Assembly: GCA_964016885.1 (NCBI GenBank)
Contig: OZ024740.1
Coordinates: 438,154,001-438,218,000, forward strand
Source of the DNA: Eledone cirrhosa
Lineage: Eukaryota
DNA: 64,000 nucleotides
Direction: 5' to 3'
Shown: piece after piece, positions 27,301-39,665 of the stretch
Numbering within the stretch: the first letter of the stretch is position 1
Layout of the letters: each line of letters opens with the position of its first letter
Notes under the pieces: model-generated
Seen by the model: only the letters and a program-made list of their open reading frames with translations
The model's database searches: none
What the model was told of the DNA's origin: nothing
Position numbers and translations under genes: made by a program

Positions 27301-28699
27301 AAGTGGTCGCTCGTGTTTGTTATATTCCTTGTTGTTGTAAAATGTGGTTCGGGTTCGTGGTTGTAGATTGAATGGGGTGTTCCTGTATTGCGAGTATGGA
27401 TGTGTGTTTCTATGTGCCATGTTGGATTGTGGTGTTATAGGTGGTCTACTTTGTTGGTTGTATCGTGTGGTGTGGGTTTGTTGTGTATTGTGGAAGCGAG
27501 AGTTGAGAAAATGGAAATTACCTTGCTGTCCCCTTGAAGCGGGGAAGTTGTTACATCTATCATGGTGGTGGCATATTTTACCTATGTTTGACGATGAGGC
27601 ATCCGCATAGTAGTTGAGTGATTTGGTATGGTGTCTCCTTGAAGGGTGAAAGTTGTAAATGTCATTCTGGGGAGATGATTTCTAGGGTTCCTTCTTATGG
27701 TAGCGAGGTTGGGAAGTTCATCTTCGGTGTGGTGCTTCTTTCTTCTTTTGTTAGTGGCTGGGGGGTTTGCGAAGTTGTTGTGCGGTTCGGTTATGGGTTT
27801 TCCTATTTTTATGAACGGGTTATTGGAGGTGTAATCCGTTTGAAAAGTCGATTCATAGTGTAGGAACCAAGCGGCACTTTTTTACCAGCGTTGAAGGGAT
27901 TTCAGTTCTTCTCTGTTGCAGTCCCCTTTCCATAATTTAGAGATCTTCTCTACCTTGGGGCCTCCAGTTTTATTGTTGATTTCCAGGAGGATCTCTTCAT
28001 CGATGGTTTTGATTTTTTCCTCATTTGTCTGGGCCCTCAATTTAAGAAGTTCAATTTCTGTCTTCATTTTTTCCAATGTCATTCTTTCCCTAAGGTGTCT
28101 TTGAGGTTCGGGTTCATTTGGAATGGACTTTATTTGTATTTTACGGGGGAGAGTTAGAGGGGTTGAGTTAAGCCATTTTTCATATATCTCCGCTTTGTTG
28201 TGATTTTATATCATCTTCCAGAATGAGAACTTTCTGTCTCTGAGGGATTTGTTCCATTTTGGAATTGTTCGAATTTTCATTTTGTATGAATCAATCTCAC
28301 ATGGTTATTCGTTGGTTTTTCCTGGGTTGGTAGTAGTGAACATAGTTTGGATAGTATCGCAAAGGTTTTGAAGTTTATCGCCGATTTCGGAGGGTTTGTA
28401 TCCGGTGACGGTTTCCTCATTTGTGGAGTGAAGTTTGTCGACCAGCACAGATAGGTTGGTGTTAATTTTCTTGAGTTCCTGTAGAATCTCTTCATTTATG
28501 TTGATAAGAGTTGTATCTGTTTTTATTGGCATTTTCTGTATCTCGTGTGAGGATATGATATTTAAAAGAATAGAGGTGTAACACACGAGTTATGATATAT
28601 TGGTAAAAGGAAAAGAAAATGCTGACAAATTGTTCCCAGTGAAAAATAGTTTAATTAGGAATAAGTAAAAATTAGTAATAGTATTGGTTAGTATTCAGT
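23611..28699 (-). mobile_element. Near-full-length Neptune-like PLE, decayed, with direct terminal repeat
   Basis: FYGIPKVHK...LRPII...VTFDVVNLYSNIPH...GTAM...WKRYLDDCFILW...FLDILI...CGIC...NLIYVLTCTGCREQYIGQT...RMTVH; a ~104-bp repeat at 28596-28699 equals 23799-23902; inverted repeat 23611-23736. Confidence 0.88.
24990..28586 (-). pseudogene. PLE polyprotein (N-terminal region, RT, thumb, GIY-YIG), with frameshifts and stops
   Basis: ORF fragments 28305-28586, 27882-28082, 26176-26748, 25888-26142 and 25133-25534 lie in collinear domain order. Confidence 0.85.
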
Positions 28700-28898
28700 A
28701 TTATTATTACTATATATATATAGTAATAATAATAAATGTGAGGGTAAAATCCAAAAGGAAGAATATATATATCAAATATATAAGAACCCTAGAGCAAATA
28801 TTTATTAAAATAACAGATTAAAGTTTAAGCAAAGAATCGGTGCTTTCACTTTGTTTTAATCTGTTATTTTAATAAATAAATATATATATATATAAGTA

Positions 28899-29067
<169 letters not shown>

Positions 29068-29402
29068 TGTCTTTAGTGTAAATTCATATCTAATGTTGGT
29101 AGTTACATTTTAATAAGAACATCATTTATAAAAATAAGGCTGACAAGATTTATAGAAAGTGATTCATGCATTTGAATATATATCTTTGTAAAATTCGAGG
29201 TAAAATTTATTTTGATAATAAAACAAATGATGTTACTACACATATTTTATTGATTATCTAAGGAGAGACTTACAACTTGGTTTAGTTTACTAAAAGCAGA
29301 AAATACTAATAAATAGTTGTTCAGCAAGAAATAGTAGCCAAATTTCCCTCAAAATACACACCACCATCTTAATATATAGTAAGACAGGTTAGATAATAAT
29401 AA

Positions 29403-29588
29403 TTGTTTCTACTTTTGGCACAAGGCCAGCAATTACCCAGTGCATTACTGGTACATTATTTTATCGACCCCGTAAGCATGAAAGGCAAAGTTAACCTCGG
29501 CGGGATTTGAACTCAGAATGGCAAGGGCCGTAACTCCATACGTCAAAGCATGGCGTCCGACCCTCTACCGATACTGCCAATCCACCAT
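29403..29588 (-). mobile_element. tRNA-derived SINE (octopus-like)
   Basis: ATCGACCCCG...GAAAGGCAAAGTTAACCTCGGCGGGATTTGAACTCAG with B-box GAGTTCAAATCCC on minus; close copy at 40432-40590. Confidence 0.75.
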
Positions 29589-29764
29589 GGAGAAGCTTAA
29601 AAAAGACGGGATCGTTACGATTGAAATATCCTTTGGTGGAAATCTCCCCGATAACGTTTGACATGTGGGTAGACCACAACAATAAGAATAGAGTAGTGTA
29701 GTTAACAGGAAGTATTGCGAGTAAATGGCTGATATGTTCTTTAAAAGCTGGTAGAATGTGGTAG

Positions 29765-30050
29765 AAACAACGAAGAGCAAATGAAGGTAAATGAAACAAT
29801 ACAAAGTAATGTTATATCCAGTGTATTTTAACATAATATTTCAGGGCTACTACCCATTTTCAGGTGTGAAGCTGAAACATCCAACACAAAACAAACGAAC
29901 GATTAGACTTTTCAGAGTTTTCTTCCCTAATCTTTTGTTTTGTGTTGGAATATTTCAGCTTCGCACCTGAAGAGGGTGGTAGCCCTGAAATTTACACTGG
30001 GTAAAACTTCACTTTGTTTTGCTTTATTTGACATCATTTGCCCTCCGTAT
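29765..30050. repeat. Inverted pair of PLE-like termini with hammerhead-like cores
   Basis: 29839-29895 is the reverse complement of 29932-29992; CTGAAGA-GGGTGGTAGCCCT-GAAA at 29967-29990. Confidence 0.6.
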
Positions 30051-31324
30051 TTTCAGCCGCAATGTACAAACTGTTAAAGAACTTATCGGACCATAAGCAT
30101 GTTTTATTGAAATAACAAGAATATTTTCTTGATCGCAAAACGGAGAGATTTTTTGTGCCCTAAGAGTATCTAGGAATGAACTCAATGTTTTCTTTCTATC
30201 AACTAACGAAGGATTAAAAATGAAGGCTAACCATATTCAACATTATTTCAGAACATTAAATACTGTATTAGATTGTGCAAAGAATCTAATCCAATTCATT
30301 TGTCACAAATCTGTGTTTTATGTAATTAAATAATTAGGCCATATGACATATGCTAAACATATTAATGTTTAGTGGGAAGTCATTAATCAAGGACTTCTCA
30401 CTAAAAATTGAAAATACATAAATAAACAAAATATAAATCCATTCTACTTGACCGCTGTTGCTTGTTCAAAAGATCAAATAAGTTAGTTTTTTTGCTACTA
30501 AAACAACCGATTTGTGACTTAAAATGAAAAAAGAAAGTAAGAAAAACTTCCGATTGCTTTATTATAAATTTATTGTCAATAAACTGGGTGAAATTTTCAA
30601 ATATAATTTTATTAAAAATTAAGAATTCTAAATGTTACCATAGATATAAAAACAGCTTTTAGATGCTAAGAAATTACGAATTAAATATGGAACAAGAATT
30701 CTCGCACCATTTCATATACAAAATAACAAACTTATGATACATCCCCAGCTAGACTTAGATTTCGATATTTACATTATTATAGGATCTATTTCTATAAAGT
30801 GTAACATTTTATTTATTACATTTCCATCTTTAGTTTTAATTTAGTCACTGAGCAATTCACTGATAAAATATCTATTGTAAATCACTTCTATTTATCAATA
30901 AGTGATACAATATTTCAATAATTCAGTAACTTACAATTTAATGTTAGTCGAAAAAGAATCTAAGGGTTCCATGCTTTATTGAAATTTCTTCAATGTTAAC
31001 TTTCTTGAAGCTTTCATTTCTCTTTGGTAACGTTACACACGTCTCATGTAATAGAACAGATTTCGATTGAAGAGATTACTTATTTTCTACATATATATTG
31101 ATTGTATTCATTAACGTATGTACCATAATTTATATATGATTCGTATTTATCGGCATACAATGTATCTTATTAATGTATAATGTAGATTAATTTAGTAAAG
31201 ATGTGATAGTTGTGCAGATTATTATGAGAAATATGTGTTGTTGGACTACTCCATTGTTTTTACAGATAGTTCCTAATACCGAAACTATCTATAATGTTTT
31301 CCTTTATCTATTTCTTCTCCACAG

Positions 31325-31507
31325 AAAATCTACTTTAGTGCATTGCAAGTTATCTCTTCGAAATATCATTTATTCATTATAGACTTTGATCTAATAGAAT
31401 TTTGTGTAAGAACACCCGAAGCTATATTTACAATTGAAAAATTTAATATAGACAACCCAGTAGGGTTTGGTATTTGCGGTTTTCGAACATACCAGTACGA
31501 ATTCGGG
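31325..31507 (+). CDS. Candidate internal host exon (183 bp, phase 0-0), product unknown
   Basis: Polypyrimidine tract ending TTCTTCTCCACAG, donor G|GTAAGT, open frame KIYFSALQVISSKYHLFIIDFDLIEFCVRTPEAIFTIEKFNIDNPVGFGICGFRTYQYEFG. Confidence 0.45.
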
Positions 31508-32103
31508 GTAAGTATATGGAAAAAACATCTGTGACTTACTATATATCTCTGGTTTGTAGCATGATGGTAAATTCCGTTGATTTCAGCTGTTGTCTAGTGG
31601 GAGATGTACCAATAATATAGCTATGTCTGCTGTGTAGATAAGAGATGAAAGAGAATGTGAGATCAATATTTAGTGAACATGACTTGGTGTCCGAAGAAAT
31701 GGAAATATATAGTAAAACATGTATAACACTTTAATGTTGTACCACATGAGATACGTTAGACTCAGGGGGAATGAATGAGCTGAAGAGAGTTCAAATCTCT
31801 TGATCTCCATATTACACCATAAAAGATAATAGTCTGCTTGAAATGCACTGGAGTGTAGAAAAGAATGAGAAGTTATTCAGATCATAAAATTTCACAGAGA
31901 GCAGCATATTAGAGGTACTGATTGTAGATGTAATTTATATTAGAAACATACATTGGATGGAATAGAAATGAAGAACGTACAAGAATAGAATTGCTACTAG
32001 AAGTTGTAAACAAGAATCTGAAAACAAAAGCAGGTTTCAAAGTTCTGCTACAATATGATCGATTGATCTCTTATTTTCACTGAACATTGTTTGCAGAATT
32101 ATG

Positions 32104-32590
32104 CAGGAATATCTCTGTAGTGCTCCACATATCTCAGGAATATCTCTGTTGTGCTCCACATATATCAGGAATATCTCTGTTGTAGTGCTCCACATATATC
32201 AGGAATATCTTTGTAGTGCTCCACATATATCAGGAATATCTCTATTGTAGTGCTCCACATATCTCAGGAATATCTCTGTAGTGCTCCACATATATCAGGA
32301 ATATCTCTATTGTAGTGCTCCACATATATCAGGAATATCTTTGTAGTGCTCCACATATATCAGGAATATCTCTATTGTAGTGCTCCACATATCTCAGGAA
32401 TATCTCTGTTGTGCTCCACATATATCAGGAATATCTCTGTTGTAGTGCTCCACATATATCAGGAATATCTTTGTAGTGCTCCACATATCTCAGGAATATC
32501 TCTGTAGTGCTCCACATATCTCAGGAATATCTCTGTAGTGCTCCACATATCTCAGGAATATCTCTGTAGTGCTCCACATATATCAGGAAT
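32104..32590. repeat. Minisatellite, unit of about 31 bp (CAGGAATATCTCTGTAGTGCTCCACATATMT), about 15 copies
   Basis: Directly visible tandem array with 30-34 bp variants. Confidence 0.95.
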
Positions 32591-32698
32591 TATGTATAAA
32601 ATCAAAGGTGAAATGGTTAAATAAACCAGTTTCTCATTAGAAATTCATAGAACATCAAAATTCCATAAAATTAAAAAACCTTATGAAATCCGCCTACC

Positions 32699-32990
32699 TC
32701 TTCTTCTTCTTCTTCTTCTTCTTCTTCTTCTTCTTCTTCTTCTTCTTCTTCTTCTTCTTCTTCTTCTTCTTCTTCTTCTTCTTCTTCTTCTTCTTCTTCT
32801 TCTTCTTCTTCTAAATCCAGTTCTAGGTCAGTAATCCCAGAAGTATCATCGTAAGGCTGACTAGGTCCACCACTCCCGCCGTCACTGGCGGTCCCGTGCC
32901 AGCCCCTCTGCATTCTCCAAGGTGATGTCAAGCTTCTGGAGATTTTCCTGAATCCCATCTGGTGCAGGGCCTTCCCCGGGACCCCCTCTA
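32699..32990 (-). mobile_element. RTE-like LINE 3' end with (GAA)n tail
   Basis: PRGRPCTRW / DGIQENLQKLDITLENAEGLARDRQ*R matches the GRPxxRWxD...AxDRxxWR C-terminus; followed by a (GAA)n tract at 32699-32811. Confidence 0.65.
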
Positions 32991-33113
32991 GCCTATATAA
33001 GGGTAAACAATTATGATTCTATATCAAGATTATTTTCTAGAAATTGAAATAAGTTCTTGATTGTTTCTTAGTTGATACAATATTTAAGATGAGTTAATAT
33101 TCAAAAACTGATA

Positions 33114-33427
33114 TACGAGGCTAGGCTGAAAAGTACATAGGCTGACTATGGAGTGATGCTAGAGCTATTTTTATTAATAACTCCATTGTTTCTTTCCAAT
33201 GATTATTTTGAAAAATAAACCTCATTTAGTCATTCCATGAGAGTATCTTTGTCAGTCTATGAAGGGGTGATGCTAGAGCTGTGAAATCGTGCATGCATTA
33301 ATTTCAACTCTTCTTATCATTAACTCCAGTGTTTCTTTCCAAGGACTATGTTGAAAAATAACCGTCAATTGGTCATTCCATGAGGGTATCTTGGTCGGCC
33401 TATGAATATTTTTAGCCGATCCTCGTA
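33114..33427. mobile_element. Mariner-type MITE with internal duplication
   Basis: Imperfect TIRs TACGAGG...GGCTGAAAAGTACATAGGCTGAC / GTCGGCCTATGAATATTTTTAGCC...CCTCGTA; TA ends. Confidence 0.7.
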
Positions 33428-34578
33428 ATGTTTCGAAATATTAACCTATATTAATTTAAAATGAATTGATTTTGGATATTTTACGTTTTCAATACGATAT
33501 CAGTTGAGATATTTGCATCTGCTGGTGAAGTCGATGTGAAATAGCGTCTCTATGTTCGTTTGTACATTCCCTCACTACACATCAACATTTAACATCATTT
33601 ATGAAGGTTTTACACCCAAAGCAAGAAGGTAAACAGAGACCTCAATACAATATAGGATAAGTAGTTTAATATAGACATATTAATTCAGTCAGAATTAGAC
33701 TGTGGCTATGATGGAGTGTTGCCTTCAAGGAATATAGCCAATCATATGGGCTCCGGTATTTTATCGATCTTTGTTTACAGACTTCTATCGAATGAATAAG
33801 AGCCGAAAAAAAAGTAACCGTAAATATAGAGACAGACGTGCACGTATACATTCCCATATAAATATGCAATGAATCCATCTTCTTTATAAAAAAAAAACAT
33901 CTGTATATGAAAGAGAAAAAATAAATATTTTATTTTAGAAAAATGAATAAACTGTGTTGTTTTGTCATTTTCGTTCTTTTTTTTTTGAAGAAATATTTAA
34001 AACTTTATTAACTTTTTTCTTCCCACTCCATTATAAATTTCGGTCATTCTCCTTCTAAATATTTAAATTTGACTTTTATACCACTAAAGATAATTTATTC
34101 ATATACTATCTTGCGATGAATCTGATGATCTTGTTTCAAGACAGATAAAAATTCACGTTTATTAAATAGATGAATATAAGTTGTTTCTATAGCGCTGTAG
34201 GCGGCATTTCAATCTCATCTTCTAAATTAGAAACCATTATATAGATGAATATACTTCGGTTACATATATTTGCTGTAGTTACATGATCCAGTTACATGTG
34301 TGTGTTTATGTGTGTATATATACAGTCGTTTCATAGCCTTCTCTTTTAGTTCCCCTAGTTAAATATCTCGCCCCCCAGTGGAATGACATAAAAAATTACA
34401 CCTTATGTGTTACCTTTACACCGGAGACCTGGCCAAAAGCTCCCAACAAAATTTCATCCACTAAAGTTAGTTAAGGACCGTGGTATTAAACAGGACAAAG
34501 GATTAAGTCCACCAAACCCAAATCATATACAGTCCAAGGACTTCCACACAGCTTCTGTCTACCTAATTTCACTGATGA

Positions 34579-35605
34579 AGGTGGCGAATTAACAGAGTCG
34601 TTAGAGCGTCGGATAGAATGTCAGATAGAATGGCAGAGTCGTTAGAGCGTCGGATAGAAGTCAGATAGAATGGTAGAGTCGTTAGAGCGTCGGATAGAAT
34701 GTCAGATAGAATGGCAGAGTCGTTAGAGCCTCGGATAGAATGTCAGATAGAATGGTAGAGTCGTTAGAACGTCGGATAGAATGTCAGATAGAATGGCAGA
34801 GTCGTTAGAGCGTCGGATAGAATGTCAGATAGAATGGTAGAGTCGTTAGAGCGTCGGATAGAATGTCAGATAGAATGGTAGAGTCGTTAGAACGTCGGAT
34901 AGAATGTCAGATAGAATGGTAGAGTCGTTAGAGCGTCGGATAGAATGTCAGATAGAATGGTAGAGTCGTTAGAGCGTCGGATAGAATGTCAGATAGAATG
35001 GTAGAGTCGTTAGAACGTCGGATAGAATGTCAGATAGAATGGCAGAGTCGTTAGAGCGTCGGATAGAAGTCAGATAGAATGGTAGAGTCGTTAGAGCGTC
35101 GGATAGAATGTCAGATAGAATGGTAGAGTCGTTAGAGCGTCGGATAGAATGTCAGATAGAATGGTAGAGTCGTTAGAGCGTCGGATAGAATGTCAGATAG
35201 AATGGTAGAGTCGTTAGAACGTCGGATAGAAGTCAGATAGAATGGTAGAGTCGTTAGAGCGTCGGATAGAATGTCAGATAGAATGGTAGAGTCGTTAGAG
35301 CGTCGGATAGAATACTTTGTGGTATTCGTTTCGGTTCTCTGTTCTCTGAGTTCAAATTCCACCGAGTTCAAATTTGCCTTTCATCCATTTGATGTCGATA
35401 AAAAAGTCCCAGTCTAGTACTGCGGGCGATTCTTCCTCTATATGTCTTTCTCACTCCCTTTCTTTCACTTTCTATCCTTCTCTGAAGACATCTGCTGTAG
35501 TCAAACCTACATAAGAAATGAGATCCACCAGATTTTAAATTGACCTAGAAACGTCGTATGTCAAAATGGTGCTCTACGGCTACCTCAGGAGATACGGTAG
35601 AAAGA
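34579..35605 (+). mobile_element. tRNA-derived SINE containing an expanded minisatellite in its head
   Basis: GGTGGCGAATT start, B-box GAGTTCAAATTCC at 35348; body and tail homologous to 39291-39665. Confidence 0.75.
34594..35313. repeat. 41-bp minisatellite, about 17-18 copies (AGAGTCGTTAGAGCGTCGGATAGAATGTCAGATAGAATGGY)
   Basis: Directly visible tandem array. Confidence 0.95.
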
Positions 35606-35799
35606 AGAAAGAATTTCACTGATACATCTTGGGTCAAATAAAAACAACGATGGAAAAGATTTATTCAATGTGACACACACAGGAATCGAACCAGCAATTA
35701 AGTTATTGAGAAGTAAATATATTAAGCACACTGCTGTGCCCACTTTAAATGGACACGGTTTGAACCCAGCACAAATCTATGTTACCATATACAACAGCT

Positions 35800-36470
35800 T
35801 GAATTAATTAAGACATCGTTTCTGCTGTCAAGCCATTATTTCCTCTGTAGTCTTAAAACAACAGCATAAGGTTATATTTTCCTGCTGCAGTTCTTCGCCA
35901 GCGACAATGCCTCCAAGACAAGGGAAATATCGAAGAGTTGGAATCAGTGTTTTTCTTATTTTCTTTGATAATTTCTCATTATATTCTGCGATTTTAGACT
36001 CCCCTGTGCCAGAGTACAATCATCTATTGACAGATTTACAAGTGAAGACTAGTTCAATCAATTCCAAGACCAGTGCAGTAAGTAATTGACCATTCTTTAT
36101 GCATTTTCGCATTGTTTTACCATTATTTTTTCAATTCTTTCTTGCCCAGCGGTGAGAAATATATTCTGAGGGGCAATCTAAATGTCCGCTTCGTGTAACT
36201 GCGAGTGGTCTTGACAAGATATTAAGTAAAAGGACAGTGGTCGAAAGAGTCAAAGCCGTTGGCATCACGACACCCAATCGTGAAATTATTAATATCCAAG
36301 AAATTGGCTTTCGTTGTCATCTCAGTCAGACTCCATATGACCTGACCTCTGAATTTCTGAATTTCATTAATCTCTAGAATACAATGTATTCTGCGGTCCA
36401 AATAGCTCCTAAAATCCCTTGCGGCATTGGTAGTTACCATTTGACTTCTGACAGAACAGACGTAGCATTT
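35800..36470 (-). pseudogene. Possible highly decayed mariner transposase
   Basis: TNAARDF...IQKFRG..WSL resembles the mariner HTH region and QQENIT resembles HDNA; weak similarity. Confidence 0.3.
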
Positions 36471-36475
36471 CATAT

Positions 36476-36520
<45 letters not shown>

Positions 36521-36857
36521 ATATACATATGTATGTGCGTGTATATGTATGTAAGAATATATATATGTCTTCATATATATAGAGATATTTGCATATCACC
36601 TACACACGTAGATTTAAACGTATATAGAATGATGGATGTTTCTACTTATATTGGAAAATAAATAGATGGATAGGTAGATAAAAATGTTTCTAAATATACA
36701 TACCACCACATGCATGCATGATGATTATATATATATATATATATATATAGACACGCACACGAACACACGTAAAATATACACACACAGCCTACATGTAGAT
36801 AAGAATATATTTATACATTACATTTAAATATATATGATGAATATATATGCATGTACG

Positions 36858-36932
<75 letters not shown>

Positions 36933-37776
36933 GATGGCTGCCCCCTCGTTATCGAGTATGGCCATTGCACGATATAACATTATTAATAATTATTAATTAA
37001 TTCTATCGTGCAATGCCTGTGCATGAGGAAAGACTGTGCACTGAACCAATCCCACTCTCTGAGAGACAGAAGCTATAACCCGAAAAGAAGGAAAGATCAA
37101 ATCACCGGTAACTACTGAGCCGCAGGTTTTATATCTGAGTTATCCCAGTTTCCTGAGTTGCCTTCTCCTAGAAGAATGCCCTGACAAAGACTAGGGGTCC
37201 TTCACTCCCAGTGGTTTAACCGCGCGATCAGGTGTCCAGCTCGACTATTTCTATGTCCCCGCGCATATACATACATATGCACCCATGTATATACACATAT
37301 ACATATACATGTGTATATACATATTTACACACTTTCGGAAGGCCGTTGACTCTTATGTGTTCTTCCGCCCTTTGTCAGGTTTTGTTTTTTTTTCTGCGAG
37401 GTGTCCAAAATCACCCCCCTCACCAAGTAAACTTGGTGGGGTTGCCGGTTTAGTCGCCGATGACCGGATCATGCGACAGTTTGTACTGGGTTACATGTTA
37501 CCAGTAGAACTCAAGAGTGACCCGACAATATATATTAGAAAGTGAGGTTTTTTTTTTACAAAATGAAAAATAACCGAGGTGTCCTACACGAGTGGAAGTA
37601 TAAAGAAAAAGGGATGAAATCGAAAATGCAACTGAAGTCTTATTTTTTTTTTTTTTTAAATATATATATTTATTTGGTTCCTTTACCGGTTTCGCAGTTC
37701 TTCTGCTTTTCAAAAGGTGAGTTGAGATGGAGGGTCTGTGGTTTTTCTCACATCTGTATATATATATATATATATA

Positions 37777-37946
37777 CAGGTAAAATTCCGTTATAACGAA
37801 TGCCATTATAACGAATTTTTTAGTATAACGAATTATTTTTCAATCCCCGGCCACACGCTTGATGTGTTAGGTCGATCTCGTTATAAAGAATTTTTCGTTA
37901 CAACGAATTTTTCATACCCAGTGAATTTCGTTATAACGGAATTTCA

Positions 37947-37949
<3 letters not shown>
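37777..37949. mobile_element. Tigger/pogo-like MITE
   Basis: TIRs CAGGTAAAATTCCGTTATAACGAA / TTCGTTATAACGGAATTTCACTG, repeated TTATAACGAA motifs, inserted in (TA)n. Confidence 0.8.
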
Positions 37950-38010
<61 letters not shown>

Positions 38011-38269
38011 AGAAGGGATATTTAATTTGTTGGAAATACAACAAATAAATATAAATGTTTATAACTGATTCAGAGCACTCGACAGCTTTCTGGAGTAAAT
38101 ATTCAATGAAAAAACTATATTTTTAAAACAATATTTATTCAATTATATTTCAAGGGTACCAACATTTTGGTACGCTATCATCAGATGAAATACAAAATGT
38201 TTTATAAATATTGTCTCTGATTTTCAGCCCCATCAATTTTGTCTATTATATTCCTTTGTTATATTTCGA

Positions 38270-38327
38270 ATACCTGATGATGTCACCAGATTCATACTGA
38301 ACCCGGTCATCGAAATGATCATAGTAT
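38270..38327 (+). ncRNA. Type I hammerhead motif
   Basis: ATAC-CTGATGA...GAAA-TGATCA-TA-GTAT; palindromic helix III, AUA triplet, irregular helix II. Confidence 0.65.
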
Positions 38328-38367
38328 AATAAAGCTTTTAAGGAATTACACCAGTCCAGCCTCCTGT

Positions 38368-38419
<52 letters not shown>

Positions 38420-38467
38420 AATTTATATCTAGTAAGTAAGTTAATTTTATAATTTTCTTATTTTACG

Positions 38468-38524
<57 letters not shown>

Positions 38525-38651
38525 TAACAGATTAAAGTTAAAGCAAATAATCGCTGCTTTCACCCTTAACGGGATCTTCTGAAACTCATATATACACGCG
38601 CACACGTTGAAACATTTGAATGTGTTCTATACCTATGAACTAGCTCTCTCA

Positions 38652-38735
38652 TATTTGATGAGCTGTCTATGCTGAATCAGACCCCGATCATTGTGATCGA
38701 ATCTTGAGCTGATTGATATCGAAACAATTGTCATA
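38652..38735 (+). ncRNA. Hammerhead-like motif (UUGAUGA core)
   Basis: TAT-TTGATGA-GCTGTC...AATCAG/CTGATT...GATATC-GAAA-CAATTG-TC-ATA; a second degenerate core lies on minus at 38551-38585. Confidence 0.55.
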
Positions 38736-39290
38736 CAGTTTATTTATGGTGCAACCTTGACTTGGTTTATTCTTCCTTGTATTTACACTGATAACCTTAC
38801 AGCCACCTCCGGGGTACACTGAAGTGTAAACCCTACACCAGACGGAACATCCTACCAGTATTGAGTACTTAACCTGTGAACCACTTCTAACTATACTTAC
38901 ACACATATCTACCATATAGAGGATAAAGTACCCCTTCCGGTTACGAATGACCATAGGATTGGTTCTTAGAAAGTTGCCCCCCTCCGAGGGTCAAGTTCAG
39001 GGAAGGTGTGTGTGTGTTAGTGAATGTGTGTGTGTGTGTGAGTGTGTGTATTAGTGAATGTGTGTGTGTGTGTGTGTATGTGTGACTGGTGAGCAATTAA
39101 GAGTAGATATGTGTGAAGTCCATCACCACCCTAAACACACGTGGATAGAGTATTCCTGGTTGGTAGAATTTATCTGTCTTTTGGTTTAAAAAACTACTAC
39201 TTAACACTAGGATGTGTTTAGTGCTGATACCTCTCTTAGGAGTTCTTGACTAGATGTTTGATTTAAGGATAAATACTTCTCTTCACCATA

Positions 39291-39665
39291 GGCGGCGAAT
39301 TGGCAGAATCGGTAGAACACCAGAATATTCATTCCGGTATTCATTCCGGCTCTCTGCTCTTTGAGTTCAAATCCCGCGTTTCATCTTTTCAAGGTCGATA
39401 AAAAAGAACCAGTCTAGTACTGAGCTCGATTCTTCCTCTATATCTCTTCCTCATTTCCTCTCTCTCTCTCTCTATTTATATTTATATATATGAAGTACCA
39501 GTCTAGTACTGTGGTCGATTCTTCCTCTCTCTCACTTTCTATCTTTATCTGGAAGAAATCTGCTGTAGTCAGACCTGGAGAAGGATGAGCTCCGCCAAAT
39601 AAAATGCCCTAGAAACACCCTATGTCAATACGGCGCCCCTACGACACCACCAGGAGTTACAGGAC
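39291..39665 (+). mobile_element. tRNA-derived SINE (same subfamily as 34579-35605)
   Basis: GGCGGCGAATTGGCAGAATCGGTAG A-box, GAGTTCAAATCCC B-box, shared body and tail. Confidence 0.75.

Noticed and set aside
34572-34592. CTGATGAAG as another hammerhead core
   Set aside because: No helix II, no GAAA and no helix I; it is a junction with the SINE start
32104-35313. 31-bp and 41-bp arrays as CRISPR arrays
   Set aside because: Head-to-tail repeats without unique spacers, no cas genes, eukaryotic context
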